Source of the DNA: Eledone cirrhosa
Lineage: Eukaryota
Length of the DNA stretch: 64,000 bases
Direction: 5' to 3'
NCBI GenBank assembly: GCA_964016885.1
Contig: CAXHJY010001441.1
Coordinates: forward strand, 1 to 64,000
Position 1 is the first letter of the stretch. Each line of letters starts with the position of its first letter. Below are positions 40,996 through 54,500 of this stretch, piece by piece. Made by a program: the position numbers and the translations under genes. The notes under the pieces were generated by a model, which saw nothing but the letters and a program-made list of their open reading frames with translations, was not told where the DNA came from and searched no databases.

Positions 40996-41177
40996 CCCCC
41001 CCCCCCGCCCCCCGCTTGCGACTGCTGGACTAGAAGACAGGCGAGAATATATAGTTTTGTCGTTTGTGTAAATGCTTCATATGGAAATGAGATTAATCAC
41101 CTCATTCCAGTCCAGGAGATACGAAATATTTATACATATTGTTTAAAGCTATGCTTGAAGTGAAATCCTATTTCGTT

Positions 41178-41235
<58 letters not shown>

Positions 41236-41240
<5 letters not shown>

Positions 41241-41381
41241 AACGAGTAAAGAATAACATGGTCAACAGTCCAAAAAAGAGTTTTATTTAGTCTTAACAAT
41301 TGCTTCAGTGATTAAGTTAAGACTGTAAATGAAACCCCTTTATTGTACTGTTGACCATGTTATTCTTTACTCATTCAATAT
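41236..41381. repeat. ~145-bp foldback element
   Basis: GAGTAAAGAATAACATGGTCAACAGT pairs with ACTGTTGACCATGTTATTCTTTACTC. Confidence 0.8.
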
Positions 41382-41596
41382 TATTACTCCAAGATAAACT
41401 TACATAGGAATACAAGAGCACTCATAAACTCCCCACCTATCGAAACCATTTGTTGAGTCAAAAAACGCCGTACGCTAAAGCTATCCACAATACGAAGTAT
41501 TCACCACCTCTAACTGGATTACCTACAACGATATTTTGTTATACCTTATATAACTATATATATAGATAGATATATATATATAAAGAGAGAGAGTGA

Positions 41597-41877
41597 TACA
41601 TATATAGATATAGTTATTATTTAGAAAACGTGAGAGAAACACAAACACGATTGTCCTTCTGTTTGCGATTCTCTCACGTTTTCTAAATATTATTTATTAT
41701 AAACCACACAGCGCAGTTCTCACCTATTTAATATATATATATTTGTAAGTATTGCACCAAGAAAAATAAAACCTCGGCGCGGAGAGCTTATTAATTTATT
41801 TGCTTTGACATATGTTTCCGTGTCTATTGTAAATTGTCTACATATACTGACTACAATATATATTGTTCAATCATATG

Positions 41878-41912
<35 letters not shown>

Positions 41913-42011
41913 AAAGAGTCAAGACCCCGACGGCTGAGCTCTGGCCGTTTCGATAGTTCGAATCTAGCTGTCGAAATGGCCGGAGCTCAGCCGTCGGGGT
42001 CTTGACTCTTT

Positions 42012-42044
<33 letters not shown>

Positions 42045-42315
42045 CATATGATTGAACAATATATATTGTAGTCAGTATATGTAGACAATTTACAATAGAC
42101 ACGGAAACATATGTCAAAGCAAATAAATTAATAAGCTCTCCGCGCCGAGCTTTTATTTTTCTTGGTGCAATACTTACAAATATATATATATTAAATAGGT
42201 GAGAACTGCGCTGTGTGGTTTATAATAAATAATATTTAGAAAACGTGAGAGAATCGCAAACAGAAGGACAATCGTGTTTGTGTTTCTCTCACGTTTTCTA
42301 AATAATATCTATATC

Positions 42316-42325
<10 letters not shown>
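41597..42325. repeat. Near-perfect ~730-bp palindrome with nested hairpins and half-hammerhead motifs
   Basis: Arms of ~360 bp centred near 41962. The ORF track gives the same peptide on both strands (41805+ and 42117-). Each arm contains an inner inverted repeat, TTAGAAAACGTGAGAG. Confidence 0.9.
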
Positions 42326-42357
<32 letters not shown>

Positions 42358-42477
42358 CCCACGGGGTCCTGACTCTTTTTCTATTACCCACTCTACTATC
42401 CTGAGTATCGAGTACTCTGGTACGTTATGGTCCACCTGGTTTCTTACCACACTTTCTTTGCTCACTTTCTTTGCTCA

Positions 42478-42772
42478 TTTGTTCAATACTGACAAAGGAA
42501 CGCTGTACTAGTTTCAAGCTTATTAGCTATCGTCAGCAACGTATACCTTCCTGACAGATGGTTGAACGTCTGAAAGTATATACTTTCCTTATGCATATTA
42601 ACGGCTTAGCAATCTAATTTGCATATCAAGTGGGTTAATCGGCCGGGGTACCGAAAACGATAAACGGAAATCATGAAACGAGATTTCATTTCTCACTCTT
42701 AGTACGGCTGTTACTTAAATATAAGTATGTATACATACATACATATATGTATACAGACGTACAGTAGTATGC

Positions 42773-42775
<3 letters not shown>
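42478..42775 (-). mobile_element. Family A HHR element, diverged subfamily
   Basis: Homologous to 3210-3510; retains ATTTGCAT (~42617) and TATATA. Confidence 0.8.
42500..42542 (-). ncRNA. Minimal type I hammerhead ribozyme (family A')
   Basis: Minus strand: ACGTTG-CTGACGA-tAGCTaataAGCTt-GAAA-CTAG-TA-CAGCGT. Confidence 0.85.
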
Positions 42776-42853
<78 letters not shown>

Positions 42854-42854
<1 letters not shown>

Positions 42855-43497
42855 ATACATTTTATTACTAATTATATCTAACTGTTTCTTCTCTCTTCAT
42901 AATGTATTTTTAACTCTGATACTGGTTCAGTCTAATTCAACCGGATTGGTCTGTCCCAGTCATTCATTGAGCAACATCGGTAAGGTTGGCACCATTAACT
43001 CACGGTTGGGTGTGGATGCATTCATGTATATGTGTGTGTCCGCATGTATCTGTGTGTTTCTAAATATATTGTTCATAACTCCCTCTGGTCGAGTAATCTT
43101 TGAAGTGTGGTGACTGCTGGAAAGCTGCCATTACTCATACTTCTCGCCTCCTTCACCACCTCTTCTACGGCTTCGATATAAATACCCCCTCCGCCTCCGT
43201 GGTATTTTCTTCGGGGTTATAGGAGGCTTAGCTCTGTTTCTCGACCGTTATATCGCGTGACTATCTCCCCCTCCGCCTTTTGGGATTCTTTCTCACGTCG
43301 TGTAGACGCGTTCTTGAAGCTAGTAAAATGAGGTATCCTCTTGATAAGTCGGCAGACCTCGCAAGGACTCTATATCTTTATGATGTATTGTTTTTGTTTA
43401 TGCCACGAAACTACGTAGTCGAGGAATCTAGGAGCAGTTTAGGTATGATACATTTTATTACTAATTATATCTAACTGTTTCTTCTCTCTTCATAATG

Positions 43498-43505
<8 letters not shown>
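42854..43505 (+). mobile_element. ~593-bp non-coding HHR element with a ~57-bp terminal direct repeat
   Basis: GATACATTTTATTACTAATTATATCTAACTGTTTCTTCTCTCTTCATAATGTATTTT occurs at 42854 and 43447. TATAAATA at ~43177. (TA)n on both flanks. Confidence 0.7.
43336..43425 (+). ncRNA. Type I hammerhead ribozyme with U3-A8 core variant
   Basis: TCCTC-TTGATAA-GTcGGCA...TGCCAC-GAAA-CTACGTAG-TC-GAGGA. Confidence 0.7.
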
Positions 43506-43543
<38 letters not shown>

Positions 43544-43560
43544 TGCACACATATATATAT

Positions 43561-43980
43561 GTACGTATGGATTCATAGAACATTTATTATAATGCTCGGC
43601 GTGTTAATATGCATAAGGAAAGTATATACTTTCAGACGTTCAATCATCTGGCAGGAAGGTATACGTTGCTGACGATAGCTAATAAGCTTGAAACTAGTAC
43701 AGCGTTCCTTTGTCAGTGTTGAACAAACGAGCAACGATGGTTGCTGGACACTACGGCTTAATTCGGGATGTTTGTTTACAAGCACGCCGAGCATTATAAT
43801 AAATGTTCGGTGAATCCATACGTACATATATATATATGCGTGCATGTATGTATATATGTATATATATATACATACTACTGTACGTCTGTATACATATATG
43901 TATGTACGTATACATACTTATATTTAAGTAACAGCCGTACTAAGAGTGGGAAATGAAATTTCGTTTCATGTTTTCCGTTT
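43561..43980 (+). mobile_element. Family A' HHR element with a short inverted 5' end
   Basis: 43561-43602 is the reverse complement of ~43785-43825. The body matches 3700-3880 and the tail matches 4008-4110. Confidence 0.8.
43663..43705 (+). ncRNA. Minimal type I hammerhead ribozyme (family A')
   Basis: ACGTTG-CTGACGA-tAGCTaataAGCTt-GAAA-CTAG-TA-CAGCGT. Confidence 0.85.
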
Positions 43981-43989
43981 ATATATATA

Positions 43990-44156
43990 ACAAAGGAATT
44001 GTGGTAAGGAAACAGATGCACCATAACGCACCAGAGTACTTAGGGTAGTAGAGTGGGAAATAGGAAAAAGTATGACCCCGACGGCAGAGCTCAAGCCGTT
44101 ACCACGGCTATTTCTGGACTAGTCCAGAAATAGCCGTCGAAACGGCTTGAGCTCTG
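43990..44156 (-). repeat. Family E fragment ending in a loopless hairpin; related to 41913-42010 and 42356-42452
   Basis: CAGAGCTCAAGCCGTT...ACGGCTATTTCTGGACT|AGTCCAGAAATAGCCGT...AACGGCTTGAGCTCTG. Confidence 0.7.
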
Positions 44157-44158
44157 GA

Positions 44159-44463
44159 TGGCGTAGGACCGAACAAATGAGAGGCACAAAAACAAAGAAA
44201 ATAATCACCAGTCACTGAAGAGGTCACAGAATGTGTGACGAAAGAACTTTGACAATATATGAACAATCGTCTGGTTGTGGAACCAACCAACCAACCAGAA
44301 ATTTATAAATTCCTAAATTCCTAAATTTAATTTATAATAAATTGAAGTGAAAGCAAATGGTGCGTGTGTTTCTTATTGGCAACATGACCCTGCCAAAGTA
44401 TAACAATATCGGTTTCAACACACGTTTTCAGATAAAGAATCTTGCTAAACAAATTCAGAAACG
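44159..44463 (+). mobile_element. Family D HHR-bearing repeat, copy 2 (HHR at 44211-44253)
   Basis: GTCA-CTGAAGA-gGTCACAgaatgTGTGAC-GAAA-gaac-TT-TGAC; matches 2746-3057. Confidence 0.7.
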
Positions 44464-44631
44464 ATATATATATATATATATATAATTATATATATGTATA
44501 TATCTATTTATAGATACATTATTATGTTTGGATTACATTCTGACAGAATCAGCGCTGCTTTTTGTAAATTCCGAGCTACTTTTTTTTACAATGTTTCTTG
44601 GTATGTTCCCGAATATGTTCAACACAACAGT

Positions 44632-44691
44632 AATAATCGTTTCTACCTTTAGCACAAGGCCAGTAATTATCCAGTGCATTACTGGTACTTT
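44632..44691 (-). mobile_element. 3' end fragment of the 15863-family SINE
   Basis: Reverse complement of AAAGTACCAGTAATG.ACTGGATAATT.C.GGCCTTGTGC.AAA.GTAGAAAC.ATTATT (~16190-16250). Confidence 0.7.
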
Positions 44692-45559
44692 AACAGTAAT
44701 AATGATACCGAACCAATATGTATGGTTTTACATAGCAAATCTACGACCTTCAGAGAAATTTCCAACATGGTCATCTAACCTGCTAGAATCAATAACCCAC
44801 TTTTCCTCAAGTTATACACTAACCGTCATAGAAAAAACACGTTCGATAATGTGGTCGTAGGTTTCATGTACATAAGCAAAAACGACCCTGAATACCTTTG
44901 AACATAAGTCTATTCGACCACGGTCTACCTAGTGTTGAAGAATAGCAACGCTAATCTGTGTATCTATAAATTTAATATTAAGAAATCATATTATCATACA
45001 ACCTACACCACACTCATACACAGATACACATATACACGTACGTATGCATTCACACACGTGAGCACAGGCATATATTTACACACAATCGTTTGATTTGCTA
45101 GAAATAATATCAATATGTTCTCCAATCACTCTCTTCAGACTTAAGAAATAAATGATACATCCCATCTCATCAGGGACCCAAAATACACCGAGAAAAATGG
45201 GTTATGCGGGAATTCTTTTCATCATAATTTCTGCTTTATTGGTGCGTACCTAAGGTTAAAAAACACAACAAACCAAATATCTAGTTCAACATTATAATGA
45301 TAAACTATTAAACAGTCACTTAGCCTGCTAGAAATAGCAACCAGTCTCCCTCAAATAACACTTAAAAAATGAAAGTTCATATAAGATAATACAGTGCAAG
45401 ATAACGTCCCCACACAGATCACTACGCTTCACTTCAATTCACATTACCCTAGACACTCGTGGACACTTTTCCCAGAACAGTACCTGCATCATGTAGCGTG
45501 TCTTGCGCTAATACAACCGGACGGTGCCTGTTCCTCATCGCGCTTAATGGTCACAAACA

Positions 45560-48500
45560 CACACACAAAGACAGAAGTGGACACACATACATATACGGTG
45601 AGACATTGACACACATAGACACAAGTGGACACACATACACATACAGTGAGACATTGACAGACATAGACACAAGTGGACACACATACACATACAGTGAGAC
45701 ACTCACACACATAGACACAAGTGTCACACATACACATACAGTGAGACACTCACACACATAGACACAAGTGACACACATACACATACAGACAGACACTCTC
45801 ACACATAGACACAAGTGGACACACATACACATACAGTGAGACACTCACACACATAGACACAAGTGGACACACATACACATACAGTGAGACACTCACACAC
45901 ATAGACACAAGTGACACACATACACATACAGTGAGACACTCACACACATAGACACAAGTGTCACACATACACATACAGTGAGACACTCACACACATAGAC
46001 ACAAGTGACACACATACACATACAGACAGACACTCACACACATAGACACAAGTGTCACACATACACATACAGTGAGACACTCACACACATAGACACAAGT
46101 GGACACACATACACATACAGTGAGACACTCACACACATAGACACAAGTGGACACACATACACATACAGACAGACACTCACACACAAAGACACAAGTGACA
46201 CACATACACATACAGTGAGACACTCACACACATAGACACAAGTGTCACACATACACATACAGTGAGACACTCACACACATAGACACAAGTGGACACACAT
46301 AAATATACAGTGAGACACTCACACACATAGACACAAGTGGACACACATACACATACAGACAGACACTCACACACAAAGACACAAGTGACACACATACACA
46401 TACAGTGAGACACTCACACACATAGACACAAGTGTCACACATACACATACAGTGAGACACTCACACACATAGACACAAGTGGACACACATACACATACAG
46501 TGAGACACTCACACACATAGACACAAGTGGACACACATACACATACAGACAGACACTCACACACAAAGACACAAGTGACACACATACACATACAGTGAGA
46601 CACTCACACACATAGACACAAGTGTCACACATACACATACAGTGAGACACTCACACACATAGACACAAGTGGACACACATACACATACAGTGAGACACTC
46701 ACACACATAGACACAAGTGACACACATACACATACAGACAGACACTCACACACATAGACACAAGTGTCACACATACACATACAGTGAGACACTCACACAC
46801 ATAGACACAAGTGGACACACATACACATACAGTGAGACACTCACACACATAGACACAAGTGGACACACATACACATACAGACAGACACTCACACACAGAG
46901 ACACAAGTGACACACATACACATACAGTGAGACACTCACACACATAGACACAAGTGGACACACATACACATACAGACAGACACTCACACACAAAGACACA
47001 AGTGACACACATACACATACAGTGAGATACTCACACACATAGACACAAGTGGACACACATACACATACAGTGAGACACTCACACACATAGACACAAGTGG
47101 ACACACATACACATACAGACAGACACTCACACACAAAGACACAAGTGGACACACATACACGTACAGAGAGACACTCACACACATAGACACAAGTGGACAC
47201 ACATACACATACAGACAGACACTCACACACATACAAGTGTCACACATACACATACAGTGAGACACTCACACACATAGACACAAGTGACACACATACACAT
47301 ACAGTGAGACACTCACACACATAGACACAAGTGACACACATACACATACAGACAGACACTCACACACATAGACACAAGTGGACACACATACACATACAGA
47401 CAGACACTCACACACATAGACACAAGTGTCACACATACACATACAGTGAGACACTCACACACATAGACACAAGTGACACACATACACATACAGTGAGACA
47501 CTCACACACATAGACACAAGTGGACACACATACACATACAGTGAGACACTCACACACATAGACACAAGTGTCACACATACACATACAGTGAGACACTCAC
47601 ACACATAGACACAAGTGGACACATACACATACAGTGAGACACTCACACACATATACACAAGTGACACACATACACATACATACAGACACTCACACACATA
47701 GACACAAGTGACACACATACACATACAGTGAGACACTCACACACATAGACACAAGTGGACACACATACACATACAGACAGACACTCACACACATAGACAC
47801 AAGTGGACACACATACACATACAGTGAGACACTCACACACATAGACACAAGTGGACATACATACACATACAGTGAGACACTCACACACATAGACACAAGT
47901 GACACACATACACATACAGTGAGATACTCACACACATAGACACAAGTGGACACACATACACATACAGTGAGACACTCACACACATAGACACAAGTGGACA
48001 CACATACACATACAGTGAGACACTCACACACATAGACACAAGTGTCACACATACACATACAGTGAGACACTCACACACATAGACACAAGTGGACACACAT
48101 ACACATACAGTGAGATACTCACACACATAGACACAAGTGGACACACATACACATACAGACAGACACTCACACACATAGACACAAGTGTCACACATACACA
48201 TACAGACACTCACACACATAGACACAAGTGTCACACATACACATACAGACAGACACTCACACACATAGACAGAAGTGGACACACTTACACATACAGACAG
48301 ACACTCACACACAAAGACACAAGTGGACACACATACACATACAGTGAGACACTCACACACAAAGACACAAGTGGACACACATACACATACAGTGAGACAC
48401 TCACACACATAGACACAAGTGGACACACATACACATACAGTGAGACACTCACACACAAAGACACAAGTGGACACACATAGACATACAGTGAGACACTCAC

Positions 48501-51500
48501 ACACAAAGACACAAGTGGACACACATACACATACAGACAGACACTCACACACATAGACACAAGTGGACACACATACACATACAGTGAGGCACTCACACAC
48601 ATAGACACAAGTGACACACATACACATACAGTGAGATATTCACACACATAGACACAAGTGGAGACACATACACATACAGACAGACACTCACACACATAGA
48701 CAGAAGTCGACACACTTACACATACAGTGAGACACTCACACACATAGACACAAGTGTCACACATACACATACAGACAGACACTCACACACATAGACAGAA
48801 GTGGACACACTTACACATACAGTGAGACACTCACACACAAAGACACAAGTGGACACACATACACATACAGTGAGACACTCACACACAAAGACACAAGTGG
48901 ACACACATACACATACAGACAGACACTCACACTCATAGACACAAGTGACACACATACACATACAGTGAGACACTCACACACATAGACACAAGTGGACACA
49001 CATACACATACAGTGAGACACTCACACACAAAGACACAAGTGGACACACATACAAATACAGACAGACACTCACACACATAGACACAAGTGGACACACATA
49101 CACATACAGTGAGACACTCACACACATAGACACAAGTGTCACACATACACATACAGACAGACACTCACACACATAGACAGAAGTGGACACACTTACACAT
49201 ACAGTGAGACACTCACACACAAAGACACAAGTGGACACACATACACATACAGTGAGACACTCACACACAAAGACACAAGTGGACACACATACACATACAG
49301 ACAGACACTCACACTCATAGACACAAGTGACACACATACACATACAGTGAGACACTCACACACATAGACACAAGTGGACACACATACACATACAGTGAGA
49401 CACTCACACACAAAGACACAAGTGGACACACATACAAATACAGACAGACACTCTCACACATAGACACAAGTGGACACACATACACATACAGTGAGGCACT
49501 CACACACATAGACACAAGTGGACACACATACACATACAGACAGACACATAGACACATAGACACAAGTGACACACATACACATACAGTGAGACACTCACAC
49601 ACATAGACACAAGTGTCACACATACACATACGGTGAGACACTCACACACATAGACACAAGTGGACACACATACACATACAGACAGACACTCACACACAAA
49701 GACACAAGTGTCACACATACACATACAGTGAGACACTCACACACATAGACACAAGTGTCACACATACACATACAGACAGACACTCACACACATAGACACA
49801 AGCGTCACACATACACATACAGACAGACACTCACACACAAAGACACAAGTGTCACACATACACATACAGTGAGACACTCACACACATAGACACAAGTGTC
49901 ACACATACACATACAGACAGACACTCACACACATAGACACAAGTGTCACACATACACATACAGTGAGACACTCACACACAGAGACACAAGTGACACACAT
50001 ACACATACAGTGAGACACTCACACACATAGACACAAGTGTCTCACATACACATACAGTGAGATACTCACACACATAGACACAAGTGGACACACATACACA
50101 TACAGTGAGACACTCACACACATAGACACAAGTGACACACATACACATACAGTGAGACACTCACACACATAGACACAAGTGTCACACATACAGATACAGT
50201 GAGACACTCACACACATAGACACAAGTGACACACATACACATACAGACAGACACTCACACACATAGACACAAGTGTCACACATACACATACAGACACTCA
50301 CACACATAGACACAAGTGTCACACATACACATACAGACAGACACTCACACACATAGACAGAAGTGGACACACTTACACATACAGACAGACACTCACACAC
50401 AAAGACACAAGTGGACACACATACACATACAGTGAGACACTCACACACAAAGACACAAGTGGACACACATACACATACAGTGAGACACTCACACACATAG
50501 ACACAAGTGGACACACATACACATACAGTGAGACACTCACACACAAAGACACAAGTGGACACACATAGACATACAGTGAGACACTCACACACAAAGACAC
50601 AAGTGGACACACATACACATACAGACAGACACTCACACACATAGACACAAGTGGACACACATACACATACAGTGAGGCACTCACACACATAGACACAAGT
50701 GACACACATACACATACAGTGAGATATTCACACACATAGACACAAGTGGAGACACATACACATACAGACAGACACTCACACACATAGACAGAAGTGGACA
50801 CACTTACACATACAGTGAGACACTCACACACATAGACACAAGTGTCACACATACACATACAGACAGACACTCACACACATAGACAGAAGTGGACACACTT
50901 ACACATACAGTGAGACACTCACACACAAAGACACAAGTGGACACACATACACATACAGTGAGACACTCACACACAAAGACACAAGTGGACACACATACAC
51001 ATACAGACAGACACTCACACTCATAGACACAAGTGACACATATACACATACAGTGAGACACTCACACACATAGACACAAGTGGACACACATACACATACA
51101 GTGAGACACTCACACACAAAGACACAAGTGGACACACATACAAATACAGACAGACACTCACACACATAGACACAAGTGGACACACATACATATACAGTGA
51201 GACACTCACACACAAAGACACAAGTGGACACACATACAAATACAGACAGACACTCACACACATAGACACAAGTGGACACACATACACATACAGACAGACA
51301 CTCACACACATAGACACAAGTGTCACACATACACATACAGTGAGACACTCTCACACATAGACACAAGTGGACACACATGCACATACAGTGAGACACTCAC
51401 ACACAAAGACACAAGTGGACACACATACAAATACAGACAGACACTCACACACATAGACACAAGTGGACACACATACACATACAGTGAGACACTCACACAC

Positions 51501-54500
51501 ATAGACACAAGTGACACACATACAAATACAGACAGACACTCTCACACATAGACACAAGTGGACACACATACACATACAGTGAGATACTCACACACATAGA
51601 CACAAGTGGACACACATACACATACAGTGAGACACTCACACACATAGACACAAGTGACACACATACACATACAGTGAGACACTCACACACATAGACACAA
51701 GTGTCACACATACACATACAGTGAGACACTCACACACATAGACACAAGTGACACACATACACATACAGACAGACACTCACACACATAGACACAAGTGACA
51801 CACATACACATACAGTGAGGCACTCACACACATAGACACAAGTGTCACACATACACATACAGTGAGACACTCACACACATAGACACAAGTGGACACACAT
51901 ACACATACAGTGAGACACTCACACACATAGACACAAGTGGACACACATACACATACAGTGAGACACTCACACACATAGACACAAGTGGACACACATACAC
52001 ATACAGTGAGACACTCACACACATAGACACAAGTGTCACACATACACATACAGTGAGACACTCACACACATAGACACAAGTGGACACACATACACATACA
52101 GACAGACACTCACACACATAGACACCAGTGGACACACATACACATACAGTGAGACACTCACACACATAGACACAAGTGACACACATACACATACAGTGAG
52201 ACACTCACACACATAGACACAAGTGTCACACATACACATACAGTGAGATACTCACACACATATACACAAGTGACACACATACACATACATACAGACACTC
52301 ACACACATAGACACAAGTGACACACATACACATACAGTGTGACACTCACACACATAGACACAAGTGGACACACATACACATACAGTGAGACACTCACACA
52401 CATAGACACAAGTGGACACACATACACATACAGTGAGACACTCACACACATAGACACAACTGACACACATACACATACAGTGAGATACTCACACACATAG
52501 ACACAAGTGGAGACACATACACATACAGTGAGACACTCACACACATAGACACAAGTGTCACACATACACATACAGTGAGACACTCACACACATAGACACA
52601 AGTGTCACACATACACATACAGTGAGACACTCACACACATAGACACAAGTGGACACACATACACATACAGTGAGACACTCACACACATAGACACAAGTGG
52701 ACACACATACACATACAGTGAGATACTCATACACATAGACACAAGTGTCACACATACACATACAGACAGACACTCACACACATAGACACAAGTGTCACAC
52801 ATACACATACAGACAGACACTCACACACATAGACATAAGTGGACACACTTACACATACAGACAGACACTCACACACATAGACACAAGTGACACACATACA
52901 CATACAGTGAGACACTCACACACATAGACACAAGTGGACACACATACACATACAGTGAGACACTCACACACATAGACACAAGTGTCACACATACACATAC
53001 AGTGAGACACTCACACACATAGACAGAAGTGGACACACTTACACATACAGTGAGACACTCACACACAAAGACACAAGTGGACACACATACACATACAGTG
53101 AGACACTCACACACAAAGACACAAGTGGACACACATACACATACAGACAGACACTCACACTCATAGACACAAGTGACACACATACACATACAGTGAGACA
53201 CTCACACACATAGACACAAGTGGACACACATACACATACAGTGAGACACTCACACACAAAGACACAAGTGGACACACATACACATACAGACAGACACTCA
53301 CACTCATAGACACAAGTGACACACATACACATACAGTGAGACACTCACACACATAGACACAAGTGGACACACATACACATACAGTGAGACACTCACACAC
53401 ATAGACACAAGTGGACACACATACAAATACAGACAGACACTCACACACATAGACACAAGTGGACACACATACACATACAGTGAGACACTCACACACAAAA
53501 ACACAAGTGGACACACATACACATACAGACAGACACTCTCACACATAGACACAAGTGGACACACATACACATACAGTGAGACACTCTCACACATAGACAC
53601 AAGTGACACACATACACATACAGTGAGACACTCACACACATAGACACAAGTGGACACACATACACATACAGACAGACACTCACACACAAAGACACAAGTG
53701 GACACACATACAAATACAGACAGACACATAGACACATAGACACAAGTGACACACATACACATACAGTGAGACACTCACACACATAGACACAAGTGTCACA
53801 CATACACATACGGTGAGACACACACACACATAGACACAAGTGGACACACATACACATACAGACAGACACTCACACACAATGACACAAGTGTCACACATAC
53901 ACATACAGTGAGACACTCACACACAGAGACACAAGTGACACACATACACATACAGTGAGACACTCACACACAGAGACACAAGTGACACACATACACATAC
54001 AGTGAGACACTCACACACATAGACACAAGTGTCACACATACACATACAGTGAGATACTCACACACATAGACACAAGTGGACACACATACACATACAGTGA
54101 GACACTCACACACATAGACACAAGTGACACACATACACATACAGTGAGACACTCACACACATAGACACAAGTGTCACACATACACATACAGTGAGACACT
54201 CACACACATAGACACAAGTGACACACATACACATACAGTGAGACACTCACACACATAGACACAAGTGTCACACATACACATACAGTGAGACACTCACACA
54301 CATAGACACAAGTGACACACATACACATACAGTGAGACACTCACACACATAGACACAAGTGGACACACATACACATCCAGTGAGACACTCACACACATAG
54401 ACACAAGTGGACACACATACAAATACAGACAGACACTCTCACACATAGACACAAGTGGACACACATACACATACAGTGAGACACTCACACACGTAGACAC

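Larger units (their letters stand above)
40523..41180 (-). mobile_element. Family B HHR element: ~322-bp tandem units plus inverted fragments (retrozyme-like)
   Basis: ATTTCGTATCTCCAAAGA recurs at 40531 and 40853. Each unit has an HHR. ~41078-41175 is inverted relative to the unit. (TA)n on both flanks. Confidence 0.8.

Noticed and set aside
41935-41990. All four mismatches at the palindrome centre are G.T, suggestive of reverse-transcribed A-to-I editing
   Set aside because: There are too few sites, and at least one is a simple CpG transition relative to the 44140 copy.
44720-45380. Three degenerate blocks sharing TGCTAGAAATA-like words
   Set aside because: Probably old SINE or LINE tail fragments, but too decayed to classify or delimit.
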